DNA of 45,646 nt, from contig JAFCZV010000008.1 in NCBI GenBank assembly GCA_019314155.1, positions 1 through 45,646 of the forward strand. Reading direction: 5' to 3'. The position numbers and the translations under genes are program-made. This document shows positions 19,886 through 30,215 of the stretch, piece after piece (positions within the stretch are counted from its first letter, which is position 1; the number at the start of each line of letters is the position of its first letter). The notes below the pieces were generated by a model. It was not told the origin of the DNA. It searched no databases and saw only the letters and a program-made list of their open reading frames with translations. This DNA comes from Deltaproteobacteria bacterium (lineage in GTDB: Bacteria > Desulfobacterota > Desulfobacteria > Desulfobacterales > UBA11574).

Positions 19886-20146
19886 TTATTTTGAAGATCG
19901 GCGGATATATCTTTTTATCAGCCGAACTGTGGTGGTAAAAAGGACCCCTCCGCTCATTACAACAAGAAGAACTGCAACCCAAACTTCCTCTTGATATTTC
20001 ACATTTTCATGTACCACCGAAATTCCTGTAAAGCCAAATAAAAAAACGACGATCATAAATATGACAACAATGATACATGCGGTTTCAGAGTCATACCAAG
20101 GGATGAAAGATTTTCTAAATAAAGGATTTTGATCGATACGCATCAT
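19886..20146 (-). CDS. Small two-TM membrane protein, unknown function
   Basis: 86-aa ORF with two clear hydrophobic helices. I recognise no family. Confidence 0.45.
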   Translation of the reverse strand: MMRIDQNPLFRKSFIPWYDSETACIIVVIFMIVVFLFGFTGISVVHENVKYQEEVWVAVLLVVMSGGVLFTTTVRLIKRYIRRSSK

Positions 20147-20270
20147 CGCACCTGGTCTTGATGAACTCGCAAAAAGTTTTTTACGTGTGCAGTTGAATGT
20201 TTTGGCTCATTCGGAATTATCGTGTGTAAAATCTGAGCGCCAATTCTGCGAAGTTGTTTTTGCGCGAACC

Positions 20271-22757
20271 CTAAGAGCATTTTGTAAAGCCGCAGAAATG
20301 GCAGATCATGCAGCCTTCTTCAAAACTGACCGTGTGGCTGCATTCCGGGCAGATTTCTCCAAGGAGGCTGTTACCGTATCTGCTTTTCTTGTATGAGCCG
20401 TCTTTCAAATACCTTTTCTCAAGAATTCTGCCAATCGCATCCGGGATCGATAAAACTAGGCCGCCGTCTTGAAATACAGGATGTTCTCCACCGATACCTT
20501 TCAGCTGCTCTATGATCTTTCCTACCTTTACCCCGGATCTCAAAGCAAGCGAAACGAGCCTGCCGATAGCTTCTGTCTTTGCGGTGGTGGATCGTCCTGA
20601 TTTGCCGATAGTTGCAAACACTTCAAAGGGCTGCCCTTCATATTCAGTGACAGTGACGTAGAGCTGGCCCATGCCTGTTTTCATTCTGGAGGTAAACCCC
20701 TCCAGTGTTTCAGGCCGTTCTTTGATTGTAGCAGCCAGGGGGTCGAAAAGTGTATCCTTTGTGGCGTAGGAAAGGACCTGATTTTCCTTGCTTCCGTCTC
20801 TGTAAATGGTGACGCCTTTACAATCCAACTCGTAGGCCAGATCATAAATTTTTTTCACATCGCCTACAGTGGCATCGCGGGATAGGTTGACGGTCTTTGA
20901 AACAGCATTATCCGTGTGCTTTTGAAAAGCGGCCTGCATACGGATATGCCATTCGGGAGAAATATCATGTGCGGTTACAAAGACCTCGCGAACATCTGCG
21001 GGTATTTCGTTTAAATGCTGAATGCCGCCATCCATGGCGATGGCATCCATCAATTCAGAACTATAAAAGCCTCTTTTTTTTGCTTCATTCTCAAAGTAAG
21101 GATTCACCTCCATGAGCTTGTCATTGTCCATAACATTTCTGACAAAACTCAATGCGAACAGCGGTTCGACCCCGCTGGAGCAATCTGCAATGATACTTAA
21201 TGTGCCGGTGGGCGCAATGGTGGTAGTCGCAGCATTTCGATAAGTACAGCCGTCCTTGTTTTTGAAAATGCTCTTATCGAAATTAGGAAAAACGCCTCTC
21301 TCTTCGGCCAGATGTTTTGAGGCTTCATGAGATTCTTCTTGAATGAAACCCATCACTTCTTCTGAGATTTCAAGCGCCCTTTCCGAGTTATAGGGAATTT
21401 TCAATTGATAAAGCAGATCTGTAAACCCCATGACCCCAAGGCCGATTTTACGATTGCCTTGCACCATTTTTCCGATTTCCGGAAGGGGATATTTGGACAT
21501 ATCGATGGTGTTGTCTAAAAAGCGGACGCTTAACCATACAATATCTTTCAAGTGTTTGAAGTCGATGGTTGGCACTTCGTTATTATATGTTATAAACTTT
21601 GCCAGATTGATGGATCCAAGGTTGCAGGATTCCATTGGGAGCAGGGGTTGTTCTCCGCAAGGATTTGTACTTTCAATCTCCCCCAGAGCAGGGGTCGGAT
21701 TATCCCTGTTGAGTCTGTCCAAAAAGATGATTCCCGGATCTCCGTTTTCCCAGGCCTGTTTTACCAAAGCTTGGTAGACTTCGGCGGCATTAAACTCCAT
21801 AACCTTTTTATTGTCGCGCGGGTCTAACAGGCGATAATTACCTTCTTTCTTTACAGCTTCCATGAAAGCGTCTGTAATACCGACGGAGATATTAAAATTG
21901 TTCAATTCTTTATGTTTTTTTTTGCTGTGAATGAATTCCATAATATCCGGATGGTCAACCCTTAGAATCGCCATGTTTGCCCCTCTGCGAGTCCCACCCT
22001 GTTTGACCTGCTCAGTCGCCGTATTGAAGATTTTCATAAATGAAACCGGTCCGGAGGCGATACCGCCGGTGGTTCCCACTCGGCTGTCTTTTGGACGCAA
22101 GCGGGAAAAAGAAAAGCCCGTACCCCCACCTGATTTGTGTATAATTGCCGCATTTTTCAATGCATCGAAAATACCTTCCATGCTGTCTTCTACGGGAAGG
22201 ACAAAGCAAGCTGCCAGTTGGCCCAGCCTCCGTCCCGAGTTCATCAGCGTGGGTGAATTGGGCAGAAATTTCAGTTCGGTCATCATATTGTAGAAAATAT
22301 TTTCCATCTTTTTCACATCAGCGTCATTACCGTACTTTTTTTCCGCCTTTGCAATGTGTCGGGCCACCCTTTTAAACATCTTTTCCGGCGTCTCCACCAC
22401 TTTGCCGTTGTTGTCTTTCTTAAGATATCTTCTTCTTAATACGTTTTTAGCATTCTTTGAAAGTTGAAGTCCATTCTTTACAAAAATGGATTTATCCAGC
22501 CGAATGGGCGAAGTTTGAGTTAAACCGTATTCGACCAATTTTGTCTGTATCATTTTATCGATAATCGGCATGGTAATGGTATGATTTTTCATATTGTCAA
22601 TTTCTTTTCTCAAAAATCGGCTGATGTCCAGGGCCTGGTTAGTTTCAATCGGGTTGTCTTTGGCAAGGATATCCGAAAATAGTTGATCATCCCATTTGTA
22701 TGCGGTTAAGTCGAAGTGTCCATCGTCGGTAATTAGAATTTTTCCTTTTGAAGCCAT
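20271..22757 (-). CDS. nrdJ: Adenosylcobalamin-dependent (class II) ribonucleotide reductase
   Basis: 828-aa ORF: LPNSPTLMN, SNPCGEQPL, TIAPTGT, and a C-terminal Cys-rich tail CPECS...CMICHFCGFTKCS. Confidence 0.95.
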   Translation of the reverse strand: MASKGKILITDDGHFDLTAYKWDDQLFSDILAKDNPIETNQALDISRFLRKEIDNMKNHTITMPIIDKMIQTKLVEYGLTQTSPIRLDKSIFVKNGLQLSKNAKNVLRRRYLKKDNNGKVVETPEKMFKRVARHIAKAEKKYGNDADVKKMENIFYNMMTELKFLPNSPTLMNSGRRLGQLAACFVLPVEDSMEGIFDALKNAAIIHKSGGGTGFSFSRLRPKDSRVGTTGGIASGPVSFMKIFNTATEQVKQGGTRRGANMAILRVDHPDIMEFIHSKKKHKELNNFNISVGITDAFMEAVKKEGNYRLLDPRDNKKVMEFNAAEVYQALVKQAWENGDPGIIFLDRLNRDNPTPALGEIESTNPCGEQPLLPMESCNLGSINLAKFITYNNEVPTIDFKHLKDIVWLSVRFLDNTIDMSKYPLPEIGKMVQGNRKIGLGVMGFTDLLYQLKIPYNSERALEISEEVMGFIQEESHEASKHLAEERGVFPNFDKSIFKNKDGCTYRNAATTTIAPTGTLSIIADCSSGVEPLFALSFVRNVMDNDKLMEVNPYFENEAKKRGFYSSELMDAIAMDGGIQHLNEIPADVREVFVTAHDISPEWHIRMQAAFQKHTDNAVSKTVNLSRDATVGDVKKIYDLAYELDCKGVTIYRDGSKENQVLSYATKDTLFDPLAATIKERPETLEGFTSRMKTGMGQLYVTVTEYEGQPFEVFATIGKSGRSTTAKTEAIGRLVSLALRSGVKVGKIIEQLKGIGGEHPVFQDGGLVLSIPDAIGRILEKRYLKDGSYKKSRYGNSLLGEICPECSHTVSFEEGCMICHFCGFTKCS

Positions 22758-23150
22758 TGCCGTACTCCTATATAATTGTTATCATCGTTATGTGGAGATT
22801 ATTATCCGTACCATGTATGTCAAAATATGACAAGATTGCATCGCTTTGCGATGTTATCCGACGCCTGCCGGCAACGTCCTCGCCTCCGAGGCGTTCGGGG
22901 AACTTTTCTACTCTAAAAAAAGAAATTCCTAGCCTATCAAGTTTTGATCAACCCTAAATTCTCTATTAATTCAAAATCGTCAATCTTTCAGTGTCTGGTG
23001 TCGGGAAATCGAGTTTAATTCTGTCTGGATGAGGTTGTTGTCGACTTTATCGAGTAAAAATTGTACTGGCTAAAAAACCAAAAAAAACCTGTTAAAACTT
23101 ACGAAAATTAATCGACAGGTCTGTTGGAAAGTTTCGAGCCCAAATTTTCC

Positions 23151-23197
23151 ATACTATATGTAGTATGTCAAGAAAAAAAAAACGCAATATCTGCTCA
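23151..23197. promoter_or_regulatory. Possible pair of NrdR-box-like palindromes
   Basis: ATACTATATGTAGTAT (23151..23166) is a near-perfect 16-bp palindrome of NrdR-box type. A weaker ACGCAATATCTGCTCA lies 31 nt away (23182..23197). The site is about 400 nt upstream of nrdJ and about 100 nt upstream of the divergent hydrolase gene. Confidence 0.25.
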
Positions 23198-23274
23198 TTT
23201 TCGAACTTTTTAAGGCTAACCCGCTGAAAGCCTTAAAAAGAAAGTTTGAAAAATTATTTAGAGTCCAATAAGGT

Positions 23275-24090
23275 ATGATAATAGATATGGTGGTAAAAAT
23301 TGTTACATGGACGCTATTTATATACCTTGCCTACTGTGGCTTGCTCTTCCTTATTCAGCGACAGATGCTGTTTCCTCGTTATCTTGTCGAAATGCCTTCT
23401 AAAGATGAAGATATACCCTTTGTGGAAAAGATTTGGATAGAAACAGGTGCTGGAAAAATCGAGGCCTGGTTTCTACCGCCGGATCCGGTAAACGAGCCGG
23501 CGCCAGCAGTTTTGTTCGCCCACGGAAACGGAGAACTCATCGATTTCTGGCCTCATGAATTAAAAAAAATCAATCGTTTTGGAATCGGGGTGTTCCTTGT
23601 GGAGTATCCGGGATATGGACGGTCCGAGGGAACGCCTTCACAAAAAAATATCACCGAGGCATTCAACCGTGCTTACGATGTTCTCATTGAACGCGAAGAT
23701 GTGGACCCGGCCAGAATCATTTTATTCGGACGTTCCGTAGGCGGTGGAGCGGTGTGCACACTTGCCGCCCAACGACCTTCTGCTGCACTGATTCTCATGT
23801 CTGCCTTTATCAGTGTCCGGTCGTTTGCAAAAAGGTACCTTGCGCCCGCGTTTCTGATCCGAGACCCCTTTGACAATCTATCAGTTGTCCGCGACTATAA
23901 GGGACCGATCCTTGTCATCCATGGCAAATTCGACGAAGTTATTCCCTATTCCCATGGAATGACCCTTTACAATGCATCCCGTAACGCTACAATGATCACT
24001 TATAAAAGCGGACATAACGATTGTCCGCCGAATTGGAACGTCTTCTGGCAGCTCCCCCTGAAAAAGCGTTGTCCAAAGCACCGAAGGTGA
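23275..24090 (+). CDS. Alpha/beta hydrolase with an N-terminal membrane anchor
   Basis: 271-aa ORF: HGNGE oxyanion region, nucleophile elbow GRSVGG, C-terminal HGKFDEVIP...GHND. Confidence 0.85.
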   Translation: MIIDMVVKIVTWTLFIYLAYCGLLFLIQRQMLFPRYLVEMPSKDEDIPFVEKIWIETGAGKIEAWFLPPDPVNEPAPAVLFAHGNGELIDFWPHELKKINRFGIGVFLVEYPGYGRSEGTPSQKNITEAFNRAYDVLIEREDVDPARIILFGRSVGGGAVCTLAAQRPSAALILMSAFISVRSFAKRYLAPAFLIRDPFDNLSVVRDYKGPILVIHGKFDEVIPYSHGMTLYNASRNATMITYKSGHNDCPPNWNVFWQLPLKKRCPKHRR

Positions 24091-24139
24091 AGCCCTATTA
24101 ATTTGCTGCGAATCTTTGGCAACACTATCTTTTTGAGTA

Positions 24140-24814
24140 TTATCTGGCAACCATGGCCCGCATCATGTCACCGGCATTTTCAGCATGATCTGCGATGGAG
24201 CCGATTATTTCAGCCAGTCTGACGATATGAAAAACGGTGACGGCATCGATATCCATATTCAGCACTTTTTTCTTAACGATGTCTTCTGCTTTATCGGCTT
24301 CATGTTCCTTCTGGCGTAGCGTGTGGATAATATTTTTAATCACCACCCGCTGCGCTTCGGAATAATTTTTAAAGTATTTTCTTGCTTCAGAAACCATCTC
24401 GCTGAGCTGTTCGATAGGTTCGATTACAGCATCCGCCAGATTGACAAAGTCTTTTTCAAGTTCAGCGGGAATCCCCGGCTCGATTCTAAAAGAGATCCAA
24501 TCGAGTGCATCTTCAACGGCATCGATAACTTGATCCTGTTCTCTTAAATATCTGAACAGCAGAAAATTATAAACCGGCATCAGGGTCCCTTTGGGCAGAT
24601 GGCCGCGGATACGTCGTTTGATGGCGTCAGCGTCACTTTCCAGCCGGATAACTTCCTGTCTGAATTCTTCAAATGTTTTGCATTTTTCTGAAAGATGACA
24701 CTCGATTGCCTGCTGAAACGCCCAGCCGCATTCTTTCACCTTTTCGGCATGTTCCTGAAGGCCTTCAAAAGGTGATGTCATGAACATCGAAAAAAATGGT
24801 AACCGCATTGCCAT
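24140..24814 (-). CDS. DUF47 (PhoU-like, TIGR00153-type) phosphate-transport accessory protein
   Basis: 224-aa helical protein directly downstream of and co-directional with the PiT transporter. ESDADAIKRRI and EHEADK repeat motifs. Confidence 0.85.
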   Translation of the reverse strand: MAMRLPFFSMFMTSPFEGLQEHAEKVKECGWAFQQAIECHLSEKCKTFEEFRQEVIRLESDADAIKRRIRGHLPKGTLMPVYNFLLFRYLREQDQVIDAVEDALDWISFRIEPGIPAELEKDFVNLADAVIEPIEQLSEMVSEARKYFKNYSEAQRVVIKNIIHTLRQKEHEADKAEDIVKKKVLNMDIDAVTVFHIVRLAEIIGSIADHAENAGDMMRAMVAR

Positions 24815-24820
24815 CTCCTT

Positions 24821-26044
24821 TTATAAAATGATTTGAAGTAGTTTAAAAATGGCCATGCTGGTAAGCGCAGCCACAGGCACGGTTAACAACCAGTATAACA
24901 TAATTTTGAAAACAATGCCAAAATTAACCGCCTCGATTCCGCGTGCCAGGCCTACTCCCAAAACGCCGCCGACGGCCGAATGGGTTGTTGAAACCGGCAG
25001 GCCCATTTTTGAAGCCACAAGGACCGTAGTTGCCGTTGAAAATTCAATGGCAAACCCACGTGTGTTGCTCAGTGTCGTAATTTTTCTGCCCATGGTGTCC
25101 ATGACACGGTGACCGGCCATACCGATGCCGCAGGCAATACCGACTCCGCCAAACAGGAGGAGAAAAACAGGCACCGGCACTTTAGCACCGACACTACCTG
25201 TTTTTACCAGAAAATAAATTACAGCCAAAGGACCGATGGCGTTGGCCACATCATTTGCACCCTGGGCAAGGGCAACATAACAGGCGGTTCCCACCTGTAT
25301 GCGCCGGAAGATCCCTTCTGCTCCGGATTCCCTATCTTTAACAAATCGTTTCAAAGCCGCCATCCCTGCAAATCCCAATAAAACAGACAGGATAACGGCA
25401 ACGGTCAGAGATGCCGTTAGACCCAAGTCCATCTTTTTCCCCAGAGGGGTTTTAAATAAAAACGATAGGACGACAACAAAGAAAGTAATGCCGATAAAAA
25501 TCGGAGATAATTTTAATGCCCGGGCAAATGTATCTTTTTTAGAAAGAATTGATCGTACGATAGTTTTGAAAATTAAATAGGAGATAACAATGCTAAATAG
25601 CGGCGAAATGATCCAGCTCAATACCACTGCAAAGAGCTTGCCCCAATTGATGGCTGCAAATCCTCCGGCCATAATTCCAAAACCGAGCATAGCGCCCACA
25701 ATGGAATGGGTTGTGGAGACCGGAAGTGATTTCCAGGTGGCGAAACTGACCCAAATCGCTGCGGCAAGAAGGGCTGAAAGTGCACCGATAAGGGCCACAT
25801 GAGGATCGGCCATGATATCCGTCGAGACAATACCCTTACGAATGGTATTGGTCACATGGGATCCAATAAATACAGCACCGATAATATTCAAAATCCCGGC
25901 AAGAAATATGGCCTGGCGAATAGTGATTGCCTTGGCACCCACAGAAGAGGCCATGGAGTTGGCCACATCATTGGCGCCTATGTTCCAGGCCATGTAAAAA
26001 CCAAAAATGTAACCGATAATCAGGATATAATACTCTTGAGGCAT
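24821..26044 (-). CDS. pit: Inorganic phosphate transporter, PiT family
   Basis: Polytopic ORF with the duplicated GANDVAN signature. I place the start at MPQEYYIL (26044) rather than the ORF-track 26119. Confidence 0.9.
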   Translation of the reverse strand: MPQEYYILIIGYIFGFYMAWNIGANDVANSMASSVGAKAITIRQAIFLAGILNIIGAVFIGSHVTNTIRKGIVSTDIMADPHVALIGALSALLAAAIWVSFATWKSLPVSTTHSIVGAMLGFGIMAGGFAAINWGKLFAVVLSWIISPLFSIVISYLIFKTIVRSILSKKDTFARALKLSPIFIGITFFVVVLSFLFKTPLGKKMDLGLTASLTVAVILSVLLGFAGMAALKRFVKDRESGAEGIFRRIQVGTACYVALAQGANDVANAIGPLAVIYFLVKTGSVGAKVPVPVFLLLFGGVGIACGIGMAGHRVMDTMGRKITTLSNTRGFAIEFSTATTVLVASKMGLPVSTTHSAVGGVLGVGLARGIEAVNFGIVFKIMLYWLLTVPVAALTSMAIFKLLQIIL

Positions 26045-26299
26045 AATTTCTAAATTGATAAGATTAAGAAGTGCAGGGCTGTGCCGCAACAGCAAACACA
26101 TTCCCTGAATCTTGTACAAGGAGGTTCAATTCTCAGCGGCGTTGTTCTCTGGGCACATACCACGGCTTAATTTTTGAATCAATCATAAACATAAGGGTTT
26201 CTTGAAAGTCTATTTTGTTCTGCTCGTTATGATAATATTTTCGATTCAATGGCCTCCTTTAAGCTGTGACAAGTGACCTGTTTATGATGCAATGAAATA

Positions 26300-26557
26300 T
26301 TATTTTTCTTTCAATAGACCCTTTATTTCTTTTAATTCATTTTCGATTGATTTTATGTAAACACTGTTATGATATGCCATTATGATAAGCTTGACTGAGA
26401 CCAAAAATATTGCGGCCTCCAATAATAGATCATGAGTAAACCCTTTGGTAAATAGCGCCACCGTAAATAAAACAAACGTAACGATGATGATTATCATCGA
26501 ACCCACATCAAAATGCTTTCCCATGGAACATCCTTTCTCTGTAGATATTTTTTTCAA
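26300..26557 (-). CDS. Small membrane protein, unknown function
   Basis: 85-aa ORF with two hydrophobic helices and a charged C-terminal helix. No family recognised. Confidence 0.4.
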   Translation of the reverse strand: MKKISTEKGCSMGKHFDVGSMIIIIVTFVLFTVALFTKGFTHDLLLEAAIFLVSVKLIIMAYHNSVYIKSIENELKEIKGLLKEK

Positions 26558-26598
26558 TTAAAAATCTATGTGATTTGATAAATTCATCATATCGCTGG

Positions 26599-26859
26599 TC
26601 ACGGCGCCAGCGGCGGATGGTGCGCCAGGCTGTTGGGAAGCGCTTCGGGCTGTAAATATCCCGCCAAAATCCCCGGATGAATCTCCGGTACGGTTGCTGG
26701 TTTACTTTGCCTTTCGAAACTCGCACAACCCACGGTGATCGCAATGCATGCCAGAACCAGCAAAATCTTACGCAGTGGAGTATTACAAACTTGGCTCATC
26801 ATCAAATGTCTCTTTTTTATAAGTGCTGAATGCATTCGGATTATCAACGGATTGGCCAA
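26599..26859 (-). pseudogene. 5' remnant of a lipoprotein gene resembling the N-terminus of class A (PAP2) acid phosphatase
   Basis: Signal peptide plus lipobox (LLVLACIAITVGC), then ...GYLQPEALPNSLAHHPPLAP and a stop. This resembles the GYL..PDS..LLPPPP start of class A phosphatases, but the catalytic part is absent. Confidence 0.35.
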
Positions 26860-27018
26860 TGTGAGCCTTAAAGTTGATCAACAGTAATAGGGTAGAACAA
26901 AACGATTTGAATTTCAAGAGCTTGGAAAGCGAGAAATTATCGTTGAATTTGACGGTGGAATGATTACATCCTATAGGGTCGGGCTACTTCTGAGAAACAG
27001 AAGAACCGATGCATATCG

Positions 27019-27621
27019 TTATATAACGGCGGCGACAGCCTCCTTGGCAAAATCGATAAACCCTTGGGGGAATATGCCCAGCAGAATAATGATGACAATA
27101 AAAAAGATCCCGAGAACCGATGTGGAAACCCGGAGATGGATCGGCGAAACCTGGTCATCCACACCGGTATAGGCCGCCCGGACCATTTTAAGATAGTAGA
27201 AAATTGCGATACCCGAATTGATCACTGCAAGGATAACCAGTGCTTACATATCTTTTTTAATGGCGGCGGTAAAAATAAAGAGCTTTCCGGTAAAACCGAT
27301 GGTCGGGGGGATGCCGGCCAGACCGAGGGCGCCGACAGCCAGCATTAGCGCCATCAGGGGTGAACGTTTATACAGTCCTTTCAGATCATCAAAGGAAACA
27401 TTTTCCCCTTGGGGCGCCAGGTGGTATATAACAAAAAAGCAGGCCAGATTCATAAACAGATAACCTACAACATAGTATATACCAGAAAGATAACCCAATT
27501 CACTGGCACAAAGAAGACCGATCATCAAATAACCGGCGTGGGCAATACTGGAGTATGCCAGCAGACGTTTTAAATCGGTCTGCACAAGGGCGGACAAGTT
27601 AGTAAGGAAGTTGCTAAAAAA
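27019..27621 (-). pseudogene. nuoN: 3' fragment of an NADH:quinone oxidoreductase subunit N (NuoN/ND2 family) gene with an in-frame TAA
   Basis: ...[27 protein letters not shown]...[26 protein letters not shown](27244..27246)-ALVILAVINSGIAIFYYLKMVRAAY... About 300 N-terminal residues are missing. A TAG at 27622..27624 closes the frame upstream. Confidence 0.75.
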
Positions 27622-27734
27622 CTAAGCATCATATTTGATGTTCCCATTGACAGGTTTATTTAGCTCGGGTTCCTCATGAAGAATTTATCAATCAATCCAT
27701 AGGCACATAAAGGAGATTGCAAAGAAGGCAAGGA

Positions 27735-28547
27735 CTATACTATGTCTTGTTCGAGCTTTTTGCTTAACGACTTCAGTTCGGAAGAGATTTTTGGTTTCGT
27801 CAGAATAACAATAAGGTCAAAAGTTTCCTGCTTTTGCTCGCTGTTTTCTAAATATTTAAGGGTCATAGGTTCCGCATCCCGGCCCTTTTCAACGGATTCC
27901 GGTGCTCCGGCTATAATCTGAAGCCCAGGGATTTTTTCTGCTTCGTTGAGGAACTTTTCTTGAAAGGATTGACATAAGGGGGAGATCAGGACAATTTCGA
28001 GATCTTCTGTTTTGTCGAGAGCAATGATCGATTCGTTGACACCCAGAATCAGACTGGAAAGAAGGTGCTCTTCATCGCCATTTGTATTACCCTGAACAAC
28101 GGCAATACGTCCGGGGATCTCACCGTCCAGAGGAGAAACCACCATTCCGTTGAAGGGGCCGGTTGGTGAGAGCATCCTCTCAAACTGTAAATCTGTGATG
28201 ACGTCAGGATATTTTCCATAACATAATTGGGGATTAAACGGGTGAAATGCGTTGTCCTGCCCCTTGGTAATAACGACCTCGTCAAATTCCAGCTCCAGCT
28301 CCTCGTCCGGGATGTCAAAATCGATGGCTTCAGGTTTACATTCAGCCCAACAAAGGGCACAACCCAGGCAGCGCCGGCAGCCTAAACATCGTTTGGCTTC
28401 TTGAATCGCCATCTCTTCAGGAAAACCGGTTTCAACTTCCGTATAATTTTCCCTTCTTTCATCCACCGAAATCTCCGGCATTTCTGCCCGCGGAGACGGT
28501 ACATCACTGAATGGTATAATATAGCGTTTTTCTTTTTCGTAGGTCAT
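27735..28547 (-). CDS. Fe-S protein with a GltD/NfnB-type N-terminal ferredoxin region and an HdrA-fragment-like C-terminus
   Basis: 270-aa ORF: ENYTEVETGFPEEMAIQEAKRCLGCRRCLGCALCWAECKPEAI, then LQFERMLSPTGPFNG (HdrA-like). The start abuts the stop of the upstream gene. Confidence 0.75.
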   Translation of the reverse strand: MTYEKEKRYIIPFSDVPSPRAEMPEISVDERRENYTEVETGFPEEMAIQEAKRCLGCRRCLGCALCWAECKPEAIDFDIPDEELELEFDEVVITKGQDNAFHPFNPQLCYGKYPDVITDLQFERMLSPTGPFNGMVVSPLDGEIPGRIAVVQGNTNGDEEHLLSSLILGVNESIIALDKTEDLEIVLISPLCQSFQEKFLNEAEKIPGLQIIAGAPESVEKGRDAEPMTLKYLENSEQKQETFDLIVILTKPKISSELKSLSKKLEQDIV

Positions 28548-30215
28548 TTACTTGTTCCTCAGGTATGCATGAATGCCCTCAGCCGCCCGTTTACCATGGG
28601 CAATCGCACGAATGGCAATATCCGGGCCGGTCACCACGTCACCACCGGCAAACACACCCGGGAGATTTGTGGCACCTGTCTCTTCATCTATTTCGAATGT
28701 GTTCCAGCGTGAAAGTTCAAAAGTATGCTCTTTGGGAAGAAAGCTCAAATCGGCACCCTGACTGATTGCAGGCACAATGGTTTGGGCATCGATAACATAT
28801 TCAGAGCCTTCCATAGGAACCGGACGTCTGCGGCCCGAAGCATCCGGTTCACCCAGCTCCATCTTGATGCACTTCATACCCGTGACTTTACCATTTTCAC
28901 CCAAAATTTCCACCGGGGCAGCAAGGTACTGAATAATAACTCCTTCGTGCTCAGCAGCATCAATTTCCCACGAGTTGGCCGGCATCTCCTTTTTCGTCCG
29001 GCGATAAAGAATATAGACTTCGTCAAATCCCATACGCCAGCCCACACGGGCCGAGTCAATGGCTGCATTACCCCCGCCGATTACGATAAGCTTTCCTTTA
29101 GCCTCCGGCAGATTGCCCAGGGCTTGGTTCCTCAGAAAGGTCACACAGTCAATAATCCCCTCGTATTCATCTTCACCGGGAACCCGCAGCTTGAGGCCGG
29201 TGTGGCAACCCGCGCCAATAAACACGGCGTCATATTCTTTTCTAAGATCTTCAAAAGCGATATCTTTGCCGATACGCATATTGTATTGAATCTCCACTCC
29301 CATGTTGCAGATAAGGTCTACTTCGCGCTGCAGGAGTTTTTTGGGCAAACGATATTCTGGAATACCCACCCACAGATAACCCCCGGGGACAGGCAGGGCT
29401 TCAAAGATCTTGATATTCGAATATCCCATTCTTGCCAGGTCATGGCCACAGGTCAAACCAGCAGGGCCCGCCCCGATAATCGCAATCTTTTCTGGATACT
29501 TCTGTTCAGGCGTTTCATAGACCGGCTCAATGCCCTGTTGCAGCTCAACATCCGCAGCATACCGTTTGAGGAAACATATGCTGATCGGTTCATCCAGATA
29601 CTGCCGGTTGCAGGCTGTTTCACAAGGATGCGGACAGATACGGCCGATACTGCCGGGAAGCGGTAGTCTCTCTCTGATTTTAGCCAGAGAGTCAAGATGC
29701 CTGCCGTCTGCAATGAGACCGACATAAGCGCGGATATCAAGATTAACGGGGCATGTCTCCTGGCAGACCGGCATGTCTTCCTTATAGATGTTGTATTCGC
29801 CGGTTTTGGGGTGGCAGTAGTCCACGGCGGTGCGAAAGCCCAAACCCTCGTCAAAGTCGTCAAACATGTTAACCGGACAGACCTTTATACAGGCCTTGCA
29901 GTCGTTGCACTTACTATTATCGACCATGAGGCTGCGTTTTAAGATCCGGGCCTGTATGCGTCCGTTCTCCGGAGACACCTTTTTGAGATCAGTGTAAGTC
30001 AAAATCCGGATGTTCGAATGATTGCGAACCTTCTCCAAGTCAGGGTTTACAAAGGCCTCATCCGGTTTAATCAGCCTGTCCCTTGGGATTCTTTCTCCAC
30101 CTAGAGTGGGGAACTTCTCGACAATAGTAACCTGGTCCCCTGCTTCTGCTCTTTCAAGGGCGGTCCGGACTCCATTGAGTCCTCCTCCAACAACCAACAC
30201 TTTTTTGTCTTCCAC
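28548..30215 (-). CDS. NfnB/GltD-like NAD(P)H-dependent flavin oxidoreductase with an N-terminal HdrA-like FAD-fold remnant and ferredoxin insert
   Basis: 555-aa ORF: VLVVGGGLNG; CNDCKACIKVCP; ICPHPCETACNR; IAIIGAGPAGL; PGGYLWVGIPEYRLPK; VIGGGNAAID; VFAGGD. Confidence 0.85.
   Translation of the reverse strand: MEDKKVLVVGGGLNGVRTALERAEAGDQVTIVEKFPTLGGERIPRDRLIKPDEAFVNPDLEKVRNHSNIRILTYTDLKKVSPENGRIQARILKRSLMVDNSKCNDCKACIKVCPVNMFDDFDEGLGFRTAVDYCHPKTGEYNIYKEDMPVCQETCPVNLDIRAYVGLIADGRHLDSLAKIRERLPLPGSIGRICPHPCETACNRQYLDEPISICFLKRYAADVELQQGIEPVYETPEQKYPEKIAIIGAGPAGLTCGHDLARMGYSNIKIFEALPVPGGYLWVGIPEYRLPKKLLQREVDLICNMGVEIQYNMRIGKDIAFEDLRKEYDAVFIGAGCHTGLKLRVPGEDEYEGIIDCVTFLRNQALGNLPEAKGKLIVIGGGNAAIDSARVGWRMGFDEVYILYRRTKKEMPANSWEIDAAEHEGVIIQYLAAPVEILGENGKVTGMKCIKMELGEPDASGRRRPVPMEGSEYVIDAQTIVPAISQGADLSFLPKEHTFELSRWNTFEIDEETGATNLPGVFAGGDVVTGPDIAIRAIAHGKRAAEGIHAYLRNK

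Noticed and set aside
23151-23166. The shared TACTA..TAGTA palindrome at 23151 and in the promoter at 44833..44846, considered as a common operator.
   Set aside because: The arm spacing differs (4 nt against 2 nt) and the flanks do not match, so one regulator is unlikely to recognise both.
27244-27246. The in-frame stop in the nuoN fragment, considered as a possible recoding site.
   Set aside because: The codon is TAA, not TGA, and the gene also lacks its entire 5' two-thirds and any nuo neighbours. It is a plain pseudogene.
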